From NCBI RefSeq assembly GCF_009914755.1, contig NC_060936.1: 64,000 nt of DNA; one strand, written 5' to 3'. The translations under genes were made by a program, and so were the position numbers. This stretch comes from the human T2T-CHM13v2.0 reference genome, Homo sapiens. Shown here piece by piece: positions 45,307-58,973 of the stretch. Numbering within the stretch: position 1 is the stretch's first letter; every line of letters starts with the position of its first letter. The notes beneath the pieces were generated by a model, which made no database searches, was not told where the DNA came from, and worked only from the letters and a program-made list of their open reading frames with translations.

Positions 45307-47839
45307 AAAAAAAGACATCTCAGAAGCACTTGTGTTCTTAAATGTTAAGAAGGCAGCCGGCTCCTGTAAATCTGTTTTTAAACTTCATTCGTCATTCAAC
45401 GTTCAGCAAATAAATTAGAGCTTCCATTTGGAATAATTCTTTTCATCTTGTTGTTTCTTTGGCTAAATCATTCAACTATGCTCTTATAGGAACTAGTTCT
45501 CAGTGGCAGAAGTGAAATAAACTCAATACCCAGAAAGTTTGGCTACTCAGAATCTTCACTGCAAAAATTTGTCTTCTGTCATACAAAATAATCATGGTGT
45601 CTCTGAAAAGCACAGTACTATGGAAAGCTATTTGGGATTAACAACACCCAGTAAGTGTGTAAGATTTACATACGTGCTTTCTGATTTACCCTTCTTCAGC
45701 TTTAACCTCAACTAAAGATCCATAGACATAAGCTGTATGTGAATAAAATCAAGTTTTGAATTTTATGTCAGTTATTTACTTTAAATTTTGTACAATCTGT
45801 TCCAGAGTTAAGAATGCTGTTTACTTTTCATTATCTGAGTGCCGTATATGGCATTTCATTGTTCAAATAATATTGAATGATGTGCTCTAGTTTGCAATTT
45901 CCTTTCGGAGAATACACACCCTGATTTATTTTCAGGGTGTGTATATTTGTCCGATTTTCATACCACACATTAATTTATTTGAGGTTAACCATGCTAAGGT
46001 CAGATGTTTATTTTCTATTTCCTGTTGAGAAAATAAGAGTCCAAAAGAAAAACATGACTGAGAAAAACATTCCACCATAAAACCAGAATTCCACTGGACT
46101 GAAAAATATACAAAATAAACTTCATTTCAGGAGGTGACAGCATTATTTCCAACCATATTAGTCTGTGGCATATTTTAAGTGCATGATTCCTTCATGTTAT
46201 GAAATTTAAGTCATCATGTGACTAAATTGCACTTGAGTAAAACTGATCATTTTATTAGTCTGCTTGTTTAATTGTTTGAAATTGCCATTAACACGTAGCA
46301 AATAAGTTTTACCACTTTCATCTTGCACCGTACTCCTTCTGATCCATTACAGATAGCCTCGGGAAAAAGCCTCAACTGCAATTCAGGGAAATGTGACGCA
46401 CTCTTCAAGAGGGGCCAGCTAAATTATCTGACCTTGCACAATGGATGACCTCCAACAGTGATGCAGAAGGGCTCCTCCCAGTCAATTTTCCAAGACTATG
46501 CAGAGTAAAGCCATGGCTCTTGAGTGCCCTTAGGAAATGAATCATTTTAAATGGCTGAACCTGATTCCTGAGAATTTACTGCTAGGGGTTGGGAAGTTTA
46601 CTGAATTAAGTATTTCTCTATTCCTTTAAATAGAAATGGTGAACATATTAACCTTTCTCAGAGGCTTGGGGTGAACTTTGGTTTTTGTGGCAGAATAGAT
46701 AGGAAACTGCTTTGGTGGAGTGGAAAAATAACTGGATTTGGAGTCAGAAGCCATGAGAGGCATTCCAGCTATGTGAGTTTGAATTCATGTCTGTGCTTTA
46801 GTTGCTTTCTTTAAAAACGTAAGCTTAATAACATATTGACCTTCTCTGTGAATAAATGGGCTTCTACATGAACAAATGAGATGGTGGGTATAAAAATATC
46901 CATCACCACACCTGTTACACTACATACATTTAATATTTTGGGGTCAGCTGCAGGACCTCTGGGTGATTTGACTGGCTCCCTCTAGCCCTGATGAACCCAT
47001 GCCAGGCTGAAGCAGCCAGTTCTCCTTCCTCACATGGATTTTTCATCCTCTGAAAAATCACACTCTTCACTGTTGCTGATAGCTTTCAACTTGCTCCCAT
47101 CAGTCAAAATTACACCCATTATTTCTTCATCACTAACCTAGTGAACACTCAAGTCATTCTGTGTCCATCTGTTTCTCCTATACTGAGAGTTCTCAGATGT
47201 GAAGGGCAAGTAACCCTCTCCATTTTAAGAATGTAGGAATGTTCTTTGTCCAGCACTCCCTCCAAAGCCTGTCAATCCTTCATCATCTGAAGCAAATGAT
47301 CCCCAGAGGCACCAGAGCAATTTTCTCCAAGTTTTTCCAATATGCTCAAGACCAAATGGAATTCCAGACACGTGTAATTGAAAAAGCTATATCCAAGGTT
47401 ATAAGGACATTCAAAATCCTGTGTGGTTTCTGTGTGACAGATCAGTGTGCACCTGGGATCCTTGTTGCACTAACACTTCCTAGCATGAGTGCACTCTGGT
47501 TGATGGATTATCTCAGAGAAGAGACAATGGTGGGCAGGAAAAGGATGTTCATATTCCTAATTAATAACTGCCAAGTAAGGAGATCATGAGGAGTGGGGAG
47601 GAGAGTGGGTATGTTTTGAATACCCACTGCAGGAACTGGGTATTACTCCTGATATATAATGGGCAGGAGCTAGGGGTGTGAAACATCTTGCAATGCACAG
47701 GACAGTTCTGCACAAAGAAAAGTTGTTCTGCAAAATATCAAGAGCTCTGCCATTGAGAAACACTGTTTGTCCTTATGGAGTTGTCCTCTGACTCTAAGAG
47801 CCCTGTGATCGAGATTTTATGCATTATGTTCGTCCAGAC

Positions 47840-49105
47840 TTTGTTTTCACAAGCATGTATAAAGCACGTACAATGTGCCAGACCGTTTGCTAAGGGCACA
47901 CAGCATTAAAGAGAAAGCTGTCCTTGCCCTCAAGAGCGCCCTGTGGTAGAAGAGAAACAGGAAAACCAACGGACTCTAATGCACTGTGAGGAGAGCAGAC
48001 AGAGCAGTAAAGCTGAGCTGGAGCTGACAGGAGCATACAGGACGAGGGCAAATGAGAGGCGCCTGAGACATTCACCAAGGTTTTTCCAGGAGAGATGATG
48101 CTTTACTGGGAGGGGCAGCAACAAAGGGGACTGGGAGTGCGAGGGAGGGGTAAGAGCAGGAAGATGAAGGAAAGGGTTCCAAGGAGAGAAAGCAAAACCA
48201 AACAGAACTTGAGAAACTGAAAGGATTTTATTCTGGCTGAAGCAGAGAATGGAAAGGAGGAAAATAAAGGACAAGGAGCAAGTTTTGGGGAGAAGATGAC
48301 CAGTCAAGTTTGAGGTGCAGAGGGCAATTTGTGAAAATGTCCAGCTGGGTAGATGGCTCTGATCATCAGGGGAAAGATAATGGTAGAGTCATAGATTTGA
48401 GGGTCAACCAGCATATACACAGATGCTAACAAGCCTTTGGGACTGAAGGAACCCCTTAAAAAGCAAAGATTGAGAAGAGAACAAGATGTAGGGAAGGAGG
48501 AGAGGGTCCTGAGAACTCTTCCATTAAGGGTTGGTGGAGGCAGGACAATCTAAAGAAGGAGCAGAAAAAGCAAGAGAGCATGGTGTCACAGATGCTAAAA
48601 AAGAATTACTTTAAGGAGGAGGAAGTGGTCAACAAAGTCAAATGCTGCTGAGAGTTAGGTAATTTGATGCCCAAGCATGGTCCATTGGAATTATCTGCAT
48701 GGAGGTAGCTGGTGACTTGGGGAGAGCAGTTTCACATGTGGGGAGGGAGCTGATGCCAGAATGTAGTTGAGTAATGAGAGAAAATAAGGAAGACATTGCA
48801 ACTTTCTGGGAAATTTTGACACTTAAAAGGTAGGAAGGAGATAAGGAAGCACACAGATGAATGGCAGGAGGAGGAAAACAAGAGATACAGACAGGCTCGG
48901 TTGTTTGTTTGTTTGTTTGATGGTAGGAGCAACTAGAGAATATTTAAATATTAATGGGAAAGTGCCAGGTGAAGGGGAGGAAGCAAAGGATTTAAACAGA
49001 GGATTATAAATAAGCTCTGAGAAACTGGAAATTATGGAACCTTGAGCAGAAAAGAAGAGATCAGCCTTAGGCGTGAAAAATGAGCAGGGTAGTAAAAGAG
49101 GAAAA
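47840..49105 (-). mobile_element. L2 fragments
   Basis: aggaggaagtggtcaacaaagtcaaatgctgctgagagtt and gtttgaggtgc motifs. Confidence 0.65.
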
Positions 49106-49108
49106 TCT

Positions 49109-49545
49109 GAATTAATCAGGGTTCTCCAGAGAAATAGAAGCAACAGGATGTGTATATTTACATTTAGGGAGACATTTATCCTAAGGAACTGGCTCTCATG
49201 ATTGTGGGGGCTGGCAAGTCCAAAATCTGCAGGGTAGGCGGCAGGCTGGGGACCCAGGGAGGAGCTGCAGTTAGAATCCAGAAGGCAGTCTGTGGGTAGG
49301 ATTTTCTCTCCTTCCAGGGAAGTCTGTCTTTTTCTGTTAAGTCCTTCAACGGGATGGATGAGGCCTACCCACATTCTGGAGGATAATCTGCTTTACTCAA
49401 AGTCTACTGATTTAAATGTTAATCTCATCCAAGAGGCACCTTTGTAGGAACATCTAGAATAATGTTTTACCAAATATCTAGGTATCATGGCCCATCCAAG
49501 CTGACATGAAATTATCCATCGCAAGTCTACCCCTTGCCAATCTAG
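49109..49545 (-). mobile_element. MLT2 (ERVL) LTR with a short internal stub
   Basis: cagggttctccagagaaatagaa...aatctgctttactcaaagtctactgatttaaatgttaatctcatc; adjacent agtctacccctt is a PPT. Confidence 0.85.
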
Positions 49546-49627
49546 CACTCAGGAAGAGGAAAAGATAGACGTAATTTAGGATCTTCTGCTATTGACGACA
49601 TTTAGGTTTTACATTATACCTCAGTTA

Positions 49628-49975
<348 letters not shown>

Positions 49976-50009
49976 AAACCACAGTATAAAGAAGTTTACA
50001 TGTAGCATT

Positions 50010-50800
50010 GTTCCATTCAACAAATATTTACTCAGTGCCATGTTCCTGGCACTCTCCTTCATGCTGGGGATAAGGACAAAGATTTCTGCTTTCATGCAGT
50101 TTACTGGGTAGAGGAGGGACACACAATTAACAAAACGATAGGTGAGTAGAGCGGAGGGTGATAAATGGAGAAAAATGAAGCAAAGAGGGGGAACAGGGGA
50201 TGCTGGTGGTGCTTGTGGTCTTCAGTGGGGTGGCCCAGGGAGGCCTCATGGAGAAGCCGATGACACATATGAGGAGTGCTGAAGGGTGTGAGGGAGGCAG
50301 CCATTGAGGTAAGGGGGGAAGGGTTCTAGGAGGAAAGAACAGAACGCAGAACCCCTGAAACAGGAAGGTGATGTGGCTGGCATGCACGTGCCTGCAGCCC
50401 AGTGTGTCTGGAGCCAAGTAAGCAAGAAGAATAGCAGGAGGTGTGTCAGGGGAAGTAAGGGGGCAGGTGGTGCAGGGCGAGCATGGAGGCTGCTGCAGGG
50501 CCGCCCACTTTCCCCGTAAGTGAGGTGGGGTGGCTGGAGCCTTCTGAGCTCCAGATTGCTGTGAGTGGGGCTCCAGCGGGGCTGGTCTTGAACTCCTGAC
50601 CTCATGTAATCCACCCATCTTGACCTCCACAAGTGCTGGGCCACCCCACTGAAGATCCCTGGGGCTGCTGTATTGAGAACAGACTGAAGGAAAGCAGGGC
50701 AAAGGTGAAAACCACAACACCAGTTAGGAGCATATTGCTGCGGTCTAGCTGAGAGGTGGAGGGGACAGTGGACGTGGAGGGAGGTGGTCAGATTCTGTGT
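50010..50800 (-). mobile_element. L2 (contains an inserted 61-bp Alu piece)
   Basis: cattcaacaaatatttactcagtgcc... reverse L2 3' end. Confidence 0.8.
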
Positions 50801-50989
50801 GTGTTAGTCATATTTACTGAGCGTGTCATTGCCCTCATTGCTTACGGATATTGCTTTAAGTCTTTTATATGAATTATCTTGTAATCCTCCAACCCTATGA
50901 GGTAGGCAGCATCCCTATTCTCATTTTTAACAGAAAATCTCAACCCTATTTTGCTAAACCTGCCATATTTACTTATACAAGAAATCACA

Positions 50990-51380
50990 GCTGGTGTAAA
51001 GTTCCCCTTCAAGGCTGAAGTGCATATTCTCCCGGCTGCTAGGAGTGTTGGCTGCTGGCAGCTCAGAGTCCACCTCCTCTCTGGGAATTGCTCTCAGCCT
51101 CAGGGAGTTGCCTCCCCAAGGCTAGACTCCCATCCTGGATGCAGCGATTGGTTGAAAGCGGGGTTTAAAAGTAAATCTCTTGCCTCCATTCACGACACCT
51201 CTAAGGGGACATCCCAGTTCCAGAGCTCCCCATGGGATCAGCTGAGGCCTCAGCTGGAACTGCATTCTACTCAACATCTCCTTTCTTCTGCTGCCCTGGT
51301 GTTCCCGAGGGTGCTCCTTAATAAACTTCCTGCTTGCAAATCTTTGCCTTGGATTCTGTTTTCTGGGGAACCATGCATAA
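50990..51380 (+). mobile_element. LTR16-like (ERVL) LTR
   Basis: aataaacttcctgcttgcaaatct...ctgtttt ctggggaacc 3' motif. Confidence 0.65.
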
Positions 51381-52399
51381 GAGAGTTTTTAAAATGAAAA
51401 AGTGGTCTAAGATAGCCAGAGAAAGTGAAACTTTTCTGAAAATACATTATGGAGATTTCATTTTGAAATTCAGTTCATAAGTATGGCCACAATGTGACTT
51501 AAAGTCAGTTTTTTTTTCTAAATGAAATAATGTTTAATTTCCTGAGCTCATGAATAAAACTGCCAGATTTAATTAACACAGCATGTATATACTGAGAATG
51601 TAATTTCATCAACAAGAAGCAACAAAAATAATTTCGTGTCTACTTGTGATATTAGAAAGCATATTTGAGCTTTTATACATGAAAATACCACATCAGCTGA
51701 AGAACACATCTCCACCTGTTAAACCTGGCTAACAAATGGTATTGAGATTTTAATTCCTCCCAGAAATACATGGCAGCTGGTATCCAAGTCCACCTGTAGT
51801 CATGAGAGAGTTATCTTAAACGTTCACTTAAAATAGGCTGTGTGAAGGACTTTTTAAAATACTCATTGACTCCTGGTTTTTAAAACATGTTCAAACTTCA
51901 CCCCAAGCTGTGCCTTAGGGTTTGCCTTATTTCTTCTGTTTGAACGTGACAGAAAATGGTTTTATAAACAGCATTATTAAAAGGAATTATAATAAAGTAG
52001 TCTTACTGATATATTCAAGACATCAGCAAACATTGGTTAATTAAACATGGTTAGATTTCTTTAGACTCTAATGATACGGTGTCTCTTCAGTACTCAATCC
52101 TTTATTACTTTCTTTTTCCACATACATGTACTGCAGCCTAATGCAATGTCCTTACAAAGTTCCTGTGATCCATATGGGAGGGAATACAAAGAATTATATC
52201 AGTAGGCACTATTATCATAACAAGTCTCTATGTTATGCATTAAACATTCTAATCAGAAAGATTTTAGTTCTACCCCTTCCCATGTGTTAGGCAATTAAAT
52301 AGTGAGTGGAGATTTCTTTTGTATAGGAGCATTAAAAGCACAATACAAAATTTAGTTACACCGGGAGAAAAGAGCCTGGTCTTGCAAAGCGATAAAATT

Positions 52400-52800
52400 T
52401 AAGTGTGAAGAGGAATTATTTCTATGGAAAATAAGTAAATGCTCTGAAAATGCTCAAAAAGGAAAGAAGTTCAAAAAAATCACTGTTGAATTAGATGTGA
52501 GTGAAATAATTGTAAAAGACTGGAGGAGAAAAATCAGAAAAATCTCAGTCTACTCAAATTACATTGCAAATCTCTTTAAATTTTCATTCCAGTTTTAAAT
52601 ATCAAAACTGAGACTCATAGCAACGAATTATGGAGGTGCTTTTGCAGATTCTAATCAGAAGATTCTTACTTAAAGAGAAGGATTTGATTTGACATCAGAA
52701 GATTGGTGAATGGATGTACATTTGAAATTTCAGGGTAAAATAAAATACTCAAGCGTTTGCTTAATTTGTTTTATGATTCTCCATTTTTAACTGACTTTTT
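52400..52800 (+). mobile_element. Tigger-like transposase fragment
   Basis: Frameshifted NALKML...KITVELDVSEIIVKDWRR resembles the pogo/Tigger N-terminal HTH. Confidence 0.55.
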
Positions 52801-54673
52801 AAGGTATTTGACAAAGTACACACATGGCCAAGTACACATCAATATCTTGACTTTATTCAGGGAGAATCACTATTTCTCTTTCGGGGCTTATTAGCTGAGG
52901 CATTTCTTGGGAGTTTTTGTGTAGGAAGGGCTGACTTGTTGGGTGGTCTCTGGACTTTCTACTCCCATCACACAAGGTAGAATGTTAGAAACCTTCTCCA
53001 GGGTAACCGAACAGTCGGAGAGCTCTGGAGGTCTATGGCAGATCTGTCAGTGTTTTTCTGAATCTCCAGCATAGATAATCCCAAGCTTTATTATTACTGC
53101 AGGAGTAATAAATGTGAGAGCTGTCCCTCACAGCAAAGCAAAGCTAACACTTGATGTTTGTTGAGGATTTAAGAAAAGGGTTTTGACATTTTTCTTTGAT
53201 GATTTGAATCTTAAACTGAATACGTGACCTTAGATGCAATATTTTCCAGGGGAGATTTCCCTTATACTACAGAAATATTATAAATGATGTAAAGAGGAAG
53301 GAGAAGTCAGTGACTTCTGCATTATTCAAAAAATAAAAAAATTTAAAAGAAGCAGAATATTCATGTCATACATAATTACTAACTTATTATAGTGCTATTT
53401 TTAGCATTGTAAGCCAGCCAAAAAGAGACTGGTATAGGTACAGCCCTTATGATTAATTTCACCATTGCCTTTGAGATCTATTCAGTCATTACAACAGTAA
53501 TGGATAATTGCTGGAATTGATTTCAGATAATAGCGCCTTTAACATTGCATTTCCCTAATCACTCTCTTTCTTGCTGTGTGCAAATATGAAAAACATCAGA
53601 TACTCTAAAGTTGAAGTAGAGGTGGAGCAGCTGGGAGGGAGAGGAATCCCTGTCTCAGCAACTTCCACAAAGAAATAGCAACATCAAAATAAAGGCAATC
53701 TTCCAGTTACCAAGGATAAATAATCATCAAAATGATGAATAGCTCTGGTATTTTCCTTTTCCCTCTAACACAAAGAGTGACAATCTATTTCTTAAAAAAC
53801 AACAACAACAAAAATACCCACATCCGTTGAAAATTCACCACAGAGGTATCCACACAAAAATGATATTTTTAACCAGAAGTATTTTGAATCTAGTCTGAAA
53901 GCATAAACTCTTTCACTAATTACTATATGTAATATATTTATAGCTTTAATTGTTTTTCCCCATGTCTCAAGGGACATATTTCTTCCAGAAGCACAGTTGC
54001 TGAAGCAAACATTTATTTGTATTGTTTCACAGCAAAGAAACGGAAGTACCCAACCAGCTACTATAATTCTGTAAAATCAACTGCCAGAGAATTTTGTTTA
54101 ATTTATACCTTTGCTCCAAGTTATGCCTGAGGGTCTGCCTTACTTTTCTTTTTGAACTTGACAGAAAATAGTCTGTTATAATAAAACCAATTGAAAAGAT
54201 ACTGATACATTTCCTACCAACCATGTAAGTTTCAGGCAAACTTACTGCCCTTTTTCTCCCTTCAAGAATGCCATCTAAAATTGATAAATAGTAATTAATT
54301 ATTAAAGCCCAAGTATACTTTATATGTACCCTTGAAGGAATATGCCTTTTAAAAAATGACATTTCCTCATTGCAAAAGGAATAGATGTTCATTGTGGAAC
54401 ACCTGGAACACACAAAAAATTACAAAGGAAAAAATCAATCTATAATCTTACCCACCAGAGATAAGCATTATGAACATTTTGGAAACTGTCTTCCAATGAA
54501 AGAATAGAATTCTTGATTAAATCTTAAAAATGATCTTCTATTCTGTAATATAAAACTTCTTCAACAAAAAGCTTTGATACAATTATTCCTCTGGAACTTA
54601 TATTTCTTGTAATATTTGGGAAAATATTTGATAGCAAACTTGATATCTACGGTTTAAAACTTCTGCCATATTA

Positions 54674-55029
54674 GGCCAGGTGTGGTGGCTCATGCCTGTA
54701 ATCTCAGCACTTTGGGAGGCTGAGGTGGGTGGATCACTTGAGGTCAGGAGTTCAAGGCCAGCCTGGTCAACATGGTGAAACCTGGTCTCTGCTAAAAATA
54801 CAAAAATTAGACGACCATGATGGTGCATGCCTGTAATCCCAGCTACTTGGGAGGCTGAGGCAGGAGAATCACTTGAACCTTAGAGGTAGAGGTTTCAGTG
54901 AACCAAGATCGTGCCACTGCACTCCAGCCGGGGTGACAGAGCGAGACTCCGTCTCAAAACAAAACAAAACAAAACAAAAAAAACAGAAACCCCCAACCCC
55001 CACCAAAACACACACACAAAAACAAAACC
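54674..55029 (+). mobile_element. AluS with compound microsatellite tail
   Basis: 15-bp TSD aacttctgccatatt (54658-54672, 55030-55044). Confidence 0.95.
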
Positions 55030-55481
55030 AACTTCTGCCATATTTGCCATATTAAATATTAAGTAACAGGTCCTAAAGTCTAAAAGATTTTGATTGATAA
55101 GCAATATTCTTGTGTAAATGTAACAATGACACTATCAAAATAAGCCTTGAGACAATCCTAGTAGACACTTTAATGAAATGCATGATTTGGTTGGTAGACG
55201 TACTTTAAGCATATCCCAAAGTGAAACCGTTTCAGAAAATTCAACCAAATGTAGGCAACCAATCTGTGGAGGCATAAAAACCTCTTCAAAGGCTTCTGTG
55301 AGCATCATAGTATTTAATAAAAGAGAGGATTAACCTTGCTTTATTTTGCCTACAATTGGAGATTGCCAGGCTATATTTAGTTATTATGTCTCCATGTGTT
55401 GAAGGTTAAGTACATGTATTATCTGGGGTGTTTCACAGAAAACCATCTTGAAAGTCAGAGCTGCAATTCAAAAGAGTACCT

Positions 55482-55558
55482 GAAGCGGAAGTACCCAACC
55501 AGCAACTATAACTGGCTGGTTGGGTACTTCCGACCGGCTAGTTGGGTACTTCCGCTTC
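55482..55558. repeat. Inverted plus tandem repeat of a unique 22-mer
   Basis: One forward and two reverse copies of cggaagtacccaaccagc. Confidence 0.9.
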
Positions 55559-55678
55559 TGATACTAGCAGATTGCTGCTAGTAAGGCAGAACTTAAATTT
55601 TTAGTTTCTCTTGAAGCCATATCTAAGGATATGTATAGTATTCTCTCTTCCATTGGAAGACTATAAGGAGAATGTTAA

Positions 55679-55684
55679 TACACA

Positions 55685-55717
<33 letters not shown>
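55679..55717. repeat. (CA)n microsatellite
   Basis: Interrupted CA run. Confidence 0.9.
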
Positions 55718-56212
55718 TTAACGTATCCCCAACATGGTAATCAATTGTCTTATCATTTTTTTTCTATTTAATACAACTTTCAGGGCATTTAATTTCTATA
55801 CTCAAATGTCTTCATGGAAATAGTTTCAGGCATGGGATGTCTAGGGCTTTCTATATGCATACCATTAAAATTCATTGCAATAAATATCATGAGAACTTAC
55901 CAATATATTTTTGACAACCAACTCTTGTTTGCACGTATATATTGAACTGTCAGTTCATCGTGTAATGTATAGCAATGAAAAGTTTCAAAAGAAAACACGC
56001 AAGACTTACACGCAAGGTAGAGTTATTGCATTAATAGCAGACTTGAACACTGAGCCAAAAGACTCAGAGTCCAAGAGCTACCCCACCTCCAAGGATCAGT
56101 TTACTGTCAAGAGAAACAAACAAACTCCCTCTCCATATACTGGGAGGGCCAAGTGAAATAAACAACGGTCTTTAAAGCACCAAGGCCAACACCCTCCCTG
56201 TGTGGCGCTTAC

Positions 56213-56326
56213 TTGAGAGCTGTTCTGTAGTGGTAGATCGCTTCCTTGTTCCGACCTTGGTCCTTCAGGAAATTGGCATAGTTGTAGTGAACCTTGGCAT
56301 TGTGGGGCAGAGTTTGAACTCCAGAC
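56213..56326 (-). CDS. TMTC1: TMTC1 coding exon (probably exon 9), 114 nt, phase 2-2
   Basis: Acceptor ttcattttag, donor CAA|gtaagc; SGVQTLPHNAKVHYNYANFLKDQGRNKEAIYHYRTAL(K), the TMTC-family first TPR motif. Confidence 0.96.
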
Positions 56327-57499
56327 CTAAAATGAATAAATTTTTAAAAAGAATTATTTGACAAAGAATATTATTGTCAGATTCCTTTATGTTTTACTCA
56401 GTTTCATGAACCTGTATTTGAAATGTCCGTTGTATTCTAAAACAAGGCATTGTAGCCTACAAGGCTTCCAAAATTTACAAATTATATAATTTACTAAACG
56501 TTGCTTTCTATAGAAAACAATGGAGGCAGTATAGTGTTATGTATAGCTGAACAAGCATGCTAACTGTGTATGAACAAAATGCCCTTAGCATATAAACATA
56601 GGACCTTTGTTGTGCCAGAGACACAGCTGGAGTCTGGGTAAGGCTCTGTCGCTCTTCCTGAGGCTTTTTTTTGGGAGCATAGGAGGGTCCAATGGTATAT
56701 CTGAGAGCACATTGTACAACATGAGACACACACAACCTTGCAATTAACAAGCCAATCTGGCTTTCCTAATTTATGGTGCAGGGAGCAGATGCACCCACAC
56801 TGGGGCTGCTGCACAGATAGGCCCTGCCGAGGCTAATTACAAACGCTTTTCCTTCTAGGGAGAATTACAGCATTGGGCCAGCCGTTTCTTCCTTTTGCAT
56901 CTGTCTCTGGAGCAGCCTTCTTTTTCATGGAGACTTGATGAAATACCCTAAGTGATCTCTGAGTGAACAATAAAGAACCAGAGGAAAAAAAAGATTTAAT
57001 GGTTTTCATAAAATGAGAATAGCTCATAACCACAACCTGCTCTACAAAACATGAGATGTAACACGCAGTGTCCTCTATTCTCTGTCTTCTTTCTCTTTAT
57101 TCTTTCTTGCCATTCTTGTTTCCTTCAATGTGGAAACCCATGCAACTGGTTAGTGTGAAAGACTCTCTCTCGCTCCCCTCCCATCTACAAGGTCATCGCT
57201 TCCTCCTTGGTATTGCACAGTACTCGGGGGTGCTGTGTTGAAAGGAAAACACATTCCAGATCTAGGAGTATACATGGGGACTCAGAAAGGCCCTTAGTTA
57301 CTCAACAATGGAGGGTGATAAAGTCAGGCTTATTTGAGTTGATTATGACATGCCAGGCCCTCACATAATCTGTATGAATGAAAGTGGTGGAAAAAAGGCA
57401 AAAGTTAATGCAGGCCCAAGCAGAATCATTAAAAAGGATCAATTCCAGAAGTGAGATCATTTGATGAAATCAGTTTGCAAGCATTTCTCTAAGCTGAAG

Positions 57500-58100
57500 T
57501 AAATGGTACAGTTGTTTATCATCTACATAGTGTCCCTTCAGTACCACACACTGTGCCAGGTGCTGGGGATACAATATGGTTAGAGTCCCAGCCCTCAGGG
57601 AGTTTATGAGGGTGAAGAAGTAGGAGGAGGGGATTACAAGATGACATGTAACAATAGGTGAGCAGGGTATCAAGGAAGCACAGCATGCTTATCCCAGAAT
57701 GGGATCAAGAGGAGGCTTCCAGAAGGCAGTGAAGGTGAAGCTTAGACTTTAAGGATAAGAAGAAATGAAATTAGCCTCTGGAGGAAGAGGCAGCAGGAGG
57801 TCCTATGCAGAGGACCCCAAGAAAACAGAGCATGGGGCTTTTGAGGGACTGGAAGAAATTCAGAGTCGCTGGATCATGCTAAGTCTTAGCGTGGAGAGAG
57901 TCTAACGGGCCCTGTGAGTCACACTGGAGACTTCTCAGGGGGTTATCTGAAGAGCAGCAGAGAATCAGTGCAAAGTCTCCAACAGAAAAGTGAGGGACAG
58001 GGTAGCAAAAGAGAAGGACTGAGCAGTCTTCTGGCTGCAGTGCATGGAGACCTCCTGGGGGACTACTGAGGAACCTCAGAGAGGAGAGGAGAGGGAAAGG
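57500..58100 (-). mobile_element. L2 fragment
   Basis: ctgtgccaggtgctggggataca...cagccctcagggagttta. Confidence 0.7.
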
Positions 58101-58561
58101 GAGGAAGTGGAAAGGGAGGGGATGGGAGTGGAGCAGAAAGAAGATGAGAGAAAGAGAATAGTCAGAATTTCAGCAGGGGCCATAGGGAGGAACAGAAGGA
58201 TTCGGGAGACATCCAGGAAGCAGAGGTGGCAGGTGGCAGGACAAGGTGATGGCTGATTCTTTGGAGAATAGCCCTGCATGTTCATGTCGATTCAGTTTTT
58301 TCCTTCCTCCATTCATTCATTCACTTATAGATTTCCTTCTTCTTCTTTTTTTAAAATTGAGATTGTCTACCAAAATAAATCATTACAAAAAGTATCACTA
58401 TAGACTGGCCTCCCTACCAATAAGTTTTGTTGGAAATTAACCTTTCCCTATACTAAGCCTGGGCCAGTTTTTTTTGTTTTTCAAATGCAGGTATAATTAT
58501 TCTACAGATAAGAAAATGAGGCTTTTCTCAGAGACATTAAAAACCTTGTTTAAATGGTCAC

Positions 58562-58973
58562 TGTACTGGTCATCTCAGGCTGCCATAACAAAACACAAAA
58601 CCCATAGACTGGGTGGCTTAAACAACAGACATTTATTGACATTTATTTCTCACAGTTCTGGAGGCTAGAAGTTCAAGATCAAAGTTATGGCTGATTCGGT
58701 TTCTGATGAGGGTTCTCTTCCTGCCTCGCAGATGGTCACATTCTAGCTATGACCCATATGGCATTCCTCGGAGTGTGCACACAGACAGAGAAAGCTCTGG
58801 TGCCTCTTCCTTGTTTTATACGGGCACCACCCCTACTGGATTAGGGCCTCACCCTTGTGACCACATTTAACCCTCATCACTTCCTCACAGGCCCTATATC
58901 CAGATACAGTGAAACTGGAGGTTACAGCTTCAATATATGAATTTGAAGGGATGCAAACATTCAGTCCTTATCA
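58562..58973 (-). mobile_element. MLT1 (MaLR) LTR
   Basis: ggctgccataacaaa...ctgggtggcttaaacaacagacatttatt...cacagttctggaggctagaagttcaagatcaa. Confidence 0.88.

Noticed and set aside
55482-55558. CRISPR-like or microRNA call for the repeated 22-mer
   Set aside because: Eukaryotic intron with no repeat-spacer periodicity; a hairpin alone does not support a microRNA
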